Assembly (NCBI GenBank): GCA_048940445.1
Contig: JBHLON010000039.1
Span: 1-27,843 of the forward strand
Direction: 5' to 3'
Source of the DNA: Promethearchaeota archaeon
Lineage (GTDB): Archaea; Asgardarchaeota; Lokiarchaeia; Sigyniarchaeales; SOKP01
Length of the DNA stretch: 27,843 bases
Shown: one piece after another, positions 1 to 6,510 of the stretch
Position numbering within the stretch: position 1 is the stretch's first letter
How the letters are laid out: every line of letters begins with the position of its first letter
The notes under the pieces: generated by a model
What the model saw: the letters and a program-made list of their open reading frames with translations, nothing else
Told to the model about the DNA's origin: nothing
The model's database searches: none
Position numbers and translations under genes: made by a program

Positions 1-473
1 ATACTTGGATTTTTTTCAAATTTTTTCAAAAAAGTTTCTAATTTTGTCTCTGGATACTGATCTGCGATAAGAAAAACCTTATTTTCACCAGTTGCTTTAC
101 TTTCAGCTATCCATTTATTTTTTTTCATGTTTGAAAGTCCAATATAGAACATACTTCTGGCAAATTTAGACTTTTTTAAGAATTCTTTTATGGGAATTTC
201 TTTGACATCATTTTTGATCAGTAATTGTAAAAGTTTTCTTTCAGGTAAACCCTCTTTCAAGTACTTTTTTCCTTCTTCATTTAGCGATACTTTATTTATC
301 TCTTTCTCTTTAAAGCCCGCAAGATTATATTCTATTAAATCATTAATGGCTGACATTAATACTATATAATCAAGATTTAATTCTTGTGCTAACTCTCCTG
401 CAATAAGGTTTTCTTCTCTTTCTTTTAAAATCTTTAATATTGATATAACTTGTTTCCTAAGTTTGATTGACAT
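1..473 (-). CDS. pheS: Phenylalanine--tRNA ligase alpha subunit, archaeal/eukaryotic type (N-terminal part; runs off window start)
   Basis: Manual translation from ATG at 473 is open to the window edge: MSIKLRKQVISILKILKE...ELAQELNLDYIVLMSAINDLIEYNL...VSLNEEGKKYLKEGLPERKLL...FYIGLSNMKKNKWI. The L-x-EEG-xx-Y-xx-EGLPE motif and winged-helix-like N-terminus are typical of archaeal/eukaryotic PheRS-alpha. Not in the ORF track. Confidence 0.88.
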   Translation of the reverse strand, partial: MSIKLRKQVISILKILKEREENLIAGELAQELNLDYIVLMSAINDLIEYNLAGFKEKEINKVSLNEEGKKYLKEGLPERKLLQLLIKNDVKEIPIKEFLKKSKFARSMFYIGLSNMKKNKWIAESKATGENKVFLIADQYPETKLETFLKKFEKNPS

Positions 474-500
474 CTAATTCCATCTAAAAATTATTACTTT

Positions 501-515
501 TTAATATATACTTTC
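501..515 (-). promoter_or_regulatory. Putative archaeal BRE/TATA promoter for pheS
   Basis: Minus strand reads GAAAG-TATATATTAA about 30 nt upstream of the pheS ATG. The AT-rich background lowers specificity. Confidence 0.4.
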
Positions 516-648
516 TAAATTTTTAATCTATTTAAATCTTACGCGTAAATATTAGCTTAAAATAACACTATCTCGAACTAGAACAGCGTTACATACATTA
601 AGGGAGAAATAAATTAAACATATTTAATCTATATAAATTTATTCCGCA

Positions 649-689
649 GCCAAGGGAAAAATTGAACATAATTGTTTTATTCCCTTGGC
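649..689. other. Inverted repeat / stem-loop in the coaD-pheS intergenic region
   Basis: GCCAAGGGAA (649-658) and TTCCCTTGGC (680-689) form a perfect 10-bp GC-rich inverted repeat. An inner AACA/TGTT (665-668/673-676) can extend the stem. Confidence 0.6.
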
Positions 690-824
690 AAAATAAAGAA
701 TTGAAAGAAAAGTAAACCATGCTTGAGATAATATGTAAGATATAATTCAGTAATTGCGTTCTTCAATTTATATCCATCTCAGGCAATTAATATAATACTA
801 GATATACACAAATCTTAAAAAATT

Positions 825-1271
825 TTACTTTAAATTCTGACGAATAGATGTAGAACTAATTTTCTTTGAATTCTTATCTTTTATTAAGGGTATCACAATT
901 AAAATTAATCGATTCATCCCCTTCTCTTCTCTGAGATCATTTAATTTCAATGCGTTTGAATATGTTTCTTCACTCACAATTAAACCTTCATATTCAGGAT
1001 TTTGAGAATATTTAGCCATGTCATCCCAGCTTTTTATTTCGACTATATTAACTCTATTTAAATCAGCAACGGACTTAAGAAAGGCTCTTAAATTTTGCTT
1101 TCTCGTAGCATAATTTTCTAATTTCGAATAAGCTTTTTTATTCTTCAACAAATCTTGTGATGTTAAACCTATTTCAATTTGATGCGATAATCTTAATGCT
1201 GTTTTTAATAAATATTTATGACCTTCATGTAAATGATCAAAAGTCCCACCCAGACCTAATTTGTTTAAAAT
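825..1271 (-). CDS. coaD: Phosphopantetheine adenylyltransferase (archaeal/eukaryotic-type cytidylyltransferase family); probable ATT start
   Basis: The reading frame of track ORF 825..1151 extends 40 codons upstream, giving (I/M)LNKLGLGGTFDHLHEGHKYLLKTA...IGLTSQDLLKNK. It carries GGTFD-x-LH-x-GH (HxGH), IVSEET and KISSTSIR, the archaeal PPAT signatures. Confidence 0.9.
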   Translation of the reverse strand: MLNKLGLGGTFDHLHEGHKYLLKTALRLSHQIEIGLTSQDLLKNKKAYSKLENYATRKQNLRAFLKSVADLNRVNIVEIKSWDDMAKYSQNPEYEGLIVSEETYSNALKLNDLREEKGMNRLILIVIPLIKDKNSKKISSTSIRQNLK

Positions 1272-1305
1272 AGGGGAACACCACTCTTAATTAAGGATTA
1301 GTAAT

Positions 1306-1740
1306 CTATTTTTCAGATTTGATAATTTCTTTCTTTAAATCTTCTTTTTTTAAAGCAACGGATTTCTTTAATTTTACGCTATAGATTTGGTTTACTTCCA
1401 TTGCTTCATTGCATTCATTACAGGTGTCCACTTTTTTAAAAACAAAATCACCATACTGATAATTTCTCACCTTAATGACACCGCATAAATTACACTTTAA
1501 AATAGAGAGGGTTTGTCTAACTGGTTCAGAAGGATGTCTTTGAACTTGTAGGAGGGTAGATCCTAAACAAATAAGTGTAAAGCCTATGAAGAAATTGTAA
1601 ATTTGATTTTCCCCACCACCTAAGTAAATAAACACTGCACCGACTACAATTAAAACTATCATTAACAGATTTTTTAAAATGCTTTTTAGCGAAATCTTTT
1701 TCTTTAAGACTTTTTCATCTTCATCCTCATCGTCGATCAT
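1306..1740 (-). CDS. Conserved archaeal membrane protein: 2 TM helices plus C-terminal CxxC...CxxC zinc ribbon
   Basis: Two hydrophobic helices, then KCNLCG-VIKVRNYQYGDFVFK-x-TCNECN-EAMEVNQIY. Divergent from DUF1512. Confidence 0.75.
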   Translation of the reverse strand: MIDDEDEDEKVLKKKISLKSILKNLLMIVLIVVGAVFIYLGGGENQIYNFFIGFTLICLGSTLLQVQRHPSEPVRQTLSILKCNLCGVIKVRNYQYGDFVFKKVDTCNECNEAMEVNQIYSVKLKKSVALKKEDLKKEIIKSEK

Positions 1741-1888
1741 GTATCTTTCTTAAATCCTCTGGCTTCTTTTGAAATCTATTCTTTATAATAGAAAAGAATA
1801 TAAAACTAAATAAATTTTGTTATTATGAAAACTAAACAGATTAGAAAGCGAATAAATTAAAACTTATAATTAGAATAAAAAGATAATT

Positions 1889-3040
1889 ATGATCTGGAAT
1901 TTAATGCAATTTGGGACTCAATTAGATCCACTTAGCCTAGTAATTCAAATATTATGGTTTGTATTGATCTTTGTTTCAATTTTCTATGGAACTCGGATTC
2001 AAGCTTGGAGGTCACAAAAAGAAATAGAGTCTGGTTTAGCTAAGCTTAAGGAATGGGATGATGAATGTAAACAACTATTACTAACTAATGTCAAGAAGTA
2101 TGCAGATAAAAAAGAAACTGACAAAGACTTAATGCTGAAAATTGAAGATTTTTTAACCTTTATCGCAATTACTCCAGTTTCGCTTGATCCATTTGGAATT
2201 GTTCCCAAAATTGATCATGTAATTGACGTAAGAGATAACAGATTTGAAGAAGAAGTAAGTACATTAGCACCAAATGTAATAAAGGGCTCTGCCGATTCTC
2301 AAAACATGGAAAATTTGTTTGAAGCCGTAATGGCTGTGGATTATGTTTACCGCTTAGTCAAACACTTTCTAATTTTAGGGAAAAAGACCAAATCTTATAT
2401 TCTATTGGTACAGATTTCAATGCAAATGAACTTAATCACAGCAATGGCAAAATCTTATTATCATGCTGCTAAAGCTTTCTCAGAGGGAAGCCCTATAGGA
2501 GACGCTCTAGGACCTCTTGTGGCAGGTAATTTTGTTAGAAATATCACAGAAAGAGATGATGTTCAGGCAGAAGAAATTGCAAAAGATACAATAGTACAAG
2601 AGATTAACTTTGAAGATAGACTTGTTTACGTTGTTCGAGCAAAAGGACCAGGTGGGACTGTGGGAAAACCAGGAACGGCTATAAAAAAAATTGTCGAAGA
2701 ACATGGAGATAATATCTCTAGAATCATTATGATTGATGCAGGATTAAAACTTTCTGGAGATAAGACAGGTTCAATTGTTGTTGGTGTAGGCGCTGCAATT
2801 GGAGGGATTGGTGTAGAAAAGTATTATATTGAAGACTCATCAACAAAAAAAGCAATTCCTATTGACGCTTTAGTATGTAGAGAATCATTAGAAGATGCAA
2901 TTACAACAATGCGAAGAAGTATTACTCAAAGTGTTCCAAACTTAGTGGAAAAGGTTAAAATGGCAATAAGAAAACGTACTGAGAAAGGGACAAAAGTCAT
3001 TGTGGCAGGTATTGGAAATACAATAGGTATAGGAGTCTAA
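1889..3040 (+). CDS. DUF1512-family archaeal membrane-anchored protein
   Basis: N-terminal TM; PVSLDPFGIV, PIGDALGPLVA, RAKGPGGTVGKPG, IIMIDAGLKL, GVGAAIGGIGVEK and the terminal GIGNTIGIG are motifs I recognise from DUF1512. Confidence 0.8.
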   Translation: MIWNLMQFGTQLDPLSLVIQILWFVLIFVSIFYGTRIQAWRSQKEIESGLAKLKEWDDECKQLLLTNVKKYADKKETDKDLMLKIEDFLTFIAITPVSLDPFGIVPKIDHVIDVRDNRFEEEVSTLAPNVIKGSADSQNMENLFEAVMAVDYVYRLVKHFLILGKKTKSYILLVQISMQMNLITAMAKSYYHAAKAFSEGSPIGDALGPLVAGNFVRNITERDDVQAEEIAKDTIVQEINFEDRLVYVVRAKGPGGTVGKPGTAIKKIVEEHGDNISRIIMIDAGLKLSGDKTGSIVVGVGAAIGGIGVEKYYIEDSSTKKAIPIDALVCRESLEDAITTMRRSITQSVPNLVEKVKMAIRKRTEKGTKVIVAGIGNTIGIGV

Positions 3041-3168
3041 TAACTTATTTACATATAAATTACAAAACTGTAATAATATTTTCTAAACCTATATTTGACA
3101 AAATTAATTTAAAATCAAAGCTAATATCAATCATAAATCTAAAAAATTTCAAATAAAGAGTGATAATA

Positions 3169-3627
3169 ATGAAAGTATTTTCGGAAGAATGGTCAGATGC
3201 TTATGTGAAAGCTCTTAACAATAATCCTAACTATAGAGCTGCAGCTTCTTGGTGGGAAGGAGATTTTATCTTTATTGTTGAACCAAGCGGAAATTTAGAT
3301 CACGAAATTAAAATGTTTATAGGATTGTATAAAGGAGATTGCACAGGAGCGAAAGTTTTTGCTCCAGGTGAAGAATATGACGTTCTACCACCTAATTCCC
3401 CTCCCAGACCATTAAAAGAAGGTGAAAAAGTTGGTGCAGAATTTGTATTTTCAGGACCTTATGATAATTGGGTAAAGGTTCTAAAGAAAGAACTAGATCC
3501 TATACAAGGGCTAATGGCAGGGAAGTTTAAGCTAGTTGGGAACATGGCAAAAGTTATGCGTGCTACAAAGGCAGCACAAGAAATGGTTGTAGCCACTACA
3601 ATGGTTGAAGGCACGGAATTTTATTAA
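3169..3627 (+). CDS. SCP2 sterol/lipid-binding domain protein
   Basis: FSEEW...LNNNPNY...WEGDF; FVFSGPYDNWVKVLKKELDPIQGLMAGKFKLVGNM matches the SCP2 C-terminal signature. The ATG at 3169 (after an SD-like GAGTGAT) is preferred over the GTG at 3160. Confidence 0.85.
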   Translation: MKVFSEEWSDAYVKALNNNPNYRAAASWWEGDFIFIVEPSGNLDHEIKMFIGLYKGDCTGAKVFAPGEEYDVLPPNSPPRPLKEGEKVGAEFVFSGPYDNWVKVLKKELDPIQGLMAGKFKLVGNMAKVMRATKAAQEMVVATTMVEGTEFY

Positions 3628-3915
3628 CACAAAATTTTCTCTTTTTTATTTTATTGGTGCTATTAGAGATTTATTTTTAATTTCATTTGGGATTATCTCC
3701 AAAACACAAAGTTAAACTGGTGTATTTAAGTTCTTTTAGTTAATTTAGATACTTGTTATTTAATTCATTTTACTAAACCTTTGGAATTATAGGAAGAATT
3801 CAGTATAATCTCGCATAATGTAAACAATTGATAATAATTGGACTATAGTAATATTTAATACCCTATTCATTTTCTATAATTATTAACCAATTTAACTAAA
3901 AATATGTGATAAAAA

Positions 3916-4920
3916 ATGGGCTTATCCACAAAAAAATATTATGTAAAAGATTTAATCATAGACGATGAATATGGAACTATAAGCAGTAAAGCAACCATTA
4001 ATGAAGCCGCAAAAAAGATGAAAGAATTAGGCATACCTGACTTAGTTGTCGTAGAAGAAGGTACTGAAAAAGTTTTGGGAATAGTTGGCGACTTCGATAT
4101 CGTTCAAGATGTCATAGCGGAAGGATTAGACCCAAACACCTCAAACGTGATTAAAGCAATGTATAAAATCCCACCAGTGACATTAGACACTCCTGTAACA
4201 GAAGCGTTTACAAGAATGAGAGACTTACAAGCGAATGTCGTACCTGTTGTAGAGAATGACAAATTACTAGGCGTTTGTTCAATTCATGACACTTGGAGTT
4301 ATATTCCTGATGAGAACGTCGATGAAATTGGTCTTATACAAGTTAACAATACACGGATGGCAGAATTTCTATTTACAACCGTGTTTTCAATTTTAGCAGT
4401 TCTAATTGGAATAATCTTACCTTTTGGGGGTGCTTATGGACTTTTTGCAGCAAATCAGATAAATTTATCTAGTTTATTTGGCATAGTATTTCTTTTTAAT
4501 GGAAGAGTAACGTTTCAATTGTTCGAAGCAAAGGGCATTAATTATTTTGTCTCATATGGTGATATATCTGCTTTAAATGGACCGATTTGGATATCAATAA
4601 TGGTATTTAGTGTTTTAATTATAATTTTTGGGGTAATAAGTTTAATCTCTCTAATTTATGTTAGCTATACGGGAAAAAGGTATAATCTTACGGAACTTTT
4701 ATTACGAAATGTTTTTCCAATACTTCTCATCGTTTTTATGGTGATTGAATGGATCCTATTTGGAAGTGCATTTGCGCTCTCTGGATTATCAACTGTTGTT
4801 GCCCCCGATGCTTTAGGGTTATCTATGTCAATAATTTCAATGGTTCTGATAATCGCAGCAATAAACCATGACCGATTTTTCAGACAAAAAGGAACATCGA
4901 GAAATAGAGAGGTGAAATAA
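3916..4920 (+). CDS. CBS-domain pair fused to a C-terminal four-TM membrane domain
   Basis: Two CBS repeats (ATINEAAKKMKELGIPDLVVVEE...VLGIVGDFDI; DTPVTEAFTRMRDLQANVVPVVENDKLLGVCSIHD) followed by four hydrophobic helices. Confidence 0.8.
   Translation: MGLSTKKYYVKDLIIDDEYGTISSKATINEAAKKMKELGIPDLVVVEEGTEKVLGIVGDFDIVQDVIAEGLDPNTSNVIKAMYKIPPVTLDTPVTEAFTRMRDLQANVVPVVENDKLLGVCSIHDTWSYIPDENVDEIGLIQVNNTRMAEFLFTTVFSILAVLIGIILPFGGAYGLFAANQINLSSLFGIVFLFNGRVTFQLFEAKGINYFVSYGDISALNGPIWISIMVFSVLIIIFGVISLISLIYVSYTGKRYNLTELLLRNVFPILLIVFMVIEWILFGSAFALSGLSTVVAPDALGLSMSIISMVLIIAAINHDRFFRQKGTSRNREVK
4909..4915 (+). promoter_or_regulatory. Shine-Dalgarno GAGGTGA for the 4925 gene, embedded in the end of the CBS gene
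   Basis: GAGGTGA ends 9 nt before ATG 4925; the intergenic gap is only 4 nt. Confidence 0.7.
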
Positions 4921-4924
4921 GTAA

Positions 4925-5032
4925 ATGCCTCGAGGTGGTGGATCTAGAGGTGGCGGATTCAGAGGCGGCGGTGGTTTCAGAGGCGGCGGCTTTGGTGGAG
5001 GTGGATTTCGAGGTGGCGGTTTTAGAGGAGGT
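4925..5032 (+). repeat. GC-rich coding repeat for the (F)RGGG tract
   Basis: Encodes MPRGGGSRGGGFRGGGGFRGGGFGGGGFRGGGFRGG with mixed Gly/Arg/Phe codons; much higher GC than the flanks. Confidence 0.85.
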
Positions 5033-6421
5033 CCTGCTAGTTTCCGTACTGGTGGTTATCGATCAAATGGTGTACCTTTTGGCAGGACCGGAGCATCACG
5101 AATAGTTTCACGTACTCCACGTGGACCTTATAGGCATTCATACTATCGTCCCTATAGAGGTTACTATTGGTGGGGATATAGACCATGGTACTGGCGTTGG
5201 TGGTATTCTCCATGGTGGTCTGGATATTGGTATAGACCTTGGTACTATAGCCCTGCGTATGTAGGCGGTGGAATTTTTTTCGTTATTATACTTGGATTAA
5301 TTATTCTACCTTTTCTTGGTGTAGGATTATGGTTTCCTTTCACAAGTGCTGACTCCACTGGAACCGTGAACTATCGATCTACTGAGACTCTTTATTATAA
5401 TGAATACTGGTATGAACATGAATATACAAATATAGGTAATACCATTACCTATTCAGTTGACTCACGCGACAGTTTAATAACATTTGCGATTTGGGATCAA
5501 CCCTTTGATAATTTACCTACTATTAATATACCAGGTAGTAATCCTCTTGATTCATTTAACCTGACCTATAATGAATATCAGTATTTTTGGCTTTTCTTAA
5601 ACCCAGATTCATCTATTACTTATAATTTTGATGCAAATAGTTCTGTTGATTTCTTTATAGCAGACGGTTATCAACTTTACCAATGGAATCAAGGAGGAAG
5701 TCCCAGTTTTTACAATGAAAGTTTAAATACCCTGGGTGAAACTGGATCTTTACAAATTTCTGAGGCAAATGATTACTATTTAGTATGGTATAATGATCTT
5801 TCTGGAACTGTTAACGTTAATTATACTGTAAGTTATTATGCTGCAAATGTTATTGATTTTTCTGGAGCTTATGCAGTCCATGAAGCTGTTTATATTACAA
5901 ATGGAATGTTTACCGTTCCTAATTCAGGTGATTGGTACTTCTTCATATATTTTGATCCTTTTTATTCACCGAATGTATCAACTACAATTACTTTTGACGT
6001 TACATATGATACAGGAGTGACCTATGCTGAAAGATGGACCGATATTTCATGGGTGTTAATTATAATATTAGTAATAATTGTAATTATCGTTATTGTAGCT
6101 TTCGCAGCAAGAAGAGGCCAAAAAACTCAAAGCCTAAAAGCAAAGAAGGAAGAAAAACCAGAAACTGCTAAGATAGCCAAGGAGACTAAAGAAACCAAGG
6201 AGGTTGCTGAGGTTGAGCTTGGAAATTGTCCTCGTTGTGGTTTCAGTGTCAGAAAAGACGCAAATTTTTGTCCGAAATGCGGTGCCAAGATAGAAGGTAG
6301 AAGTATTGGGACCTCAGAAATAATAACTCCTGCTGAAGCTAAAGTATGTTCCTTCTGCGGAAGTAAGCTCTCAGAAAAAGATAAATTCTGTATCTGGTGC
6401 GGAACACCCATTGAAAAATAA
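4925..6421 (+). CDS. Two-pass membrane protein: RGG/Tyr-Trp-rich N-terminus, duplicated extracellular beta-domain, C-terminal double zinc ribbons
   Basis: Six RGG in aa 3-36; Y/W/R/P-rich aa 68-112; TM about aa 117-139; about 230-aa domain with 5 N-x-S/T sequons; TM about aa 374-395; CPRC/CPKC and CSFC/CIWC zinc ribbons. Confidence 0.85.
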   Translation: MPRGGGSRGGGFRGGGGFRGGGFGGGGFRGGGFRGGPASFRTGGYRSNGVPFGRTGASRIVSRTPRGPYRHSYYRPYRGYYWWGYRPWYWRWWYSPWWSGYWYRPWYYSPAYVGGGIFFVIILGLIILPFLGVGLWFPFTSADSTGTVNYRSTETLYYNEYWYEHEYTNIGNTITYSVDSRDSLITFAIWDQPFDNLPTINIPGSNPLDSFNLTYNEYQYFWLFLNPDSSITYNFDANSSVDFFIADGYQLYQWNQGGSPSFYNESLNTLGETGSLQISEANDYYLVWYNDLSGTVNVNYTVSYYAANVIDFSGAYAVHEAVYITNGMFTVPNSGDWYFFIYFDPFYSPNVSTTITFDVTYDTGVTYAERWTDISWVLIIILVIIVIIVIVAFAARRGQKTQSLKAKKEEKPETAKIAKETKETKEVAEVELGNCPRCGFSVRKDANFCPKCGAKIEGRSIGTSEIITPAEAKVCSFCGSKLSEKDKFCIWCGTPIEK

Positions 6422-6510
6422 CTAACATTAGTAAAATTATAATAATTTTCAAACTTTTTTTTCTCATATTTGGAATCATAAGAAAATGAGTTAATTCTAG
6501 GAACATTAAG

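Noticed and set aside
598-777. In-frame TGA read-through (ATG 777, TGA 763-765) extending the short ORF to a 59-aa possible selenoprotein
   Set aside because: No redox motif or similarity to known selenoproteins. The nearby hairpin lacks a recognisable SECIS core and lies inside the ORF.
825-1151. ORF-track 108-aa version of coaD
   Set aside because: Lacks the HxGH catalytic motif, which is encoded in frame upstream.
4925-5032. GC-rich patch as an RNA gene, CRISPR repeat, foreign insert or G-quadruplex
   Set aside because: Fully explained by the Gly/Arg codons of the RGG tract; only GG doublets are present and there is no repeat-spacer structure.
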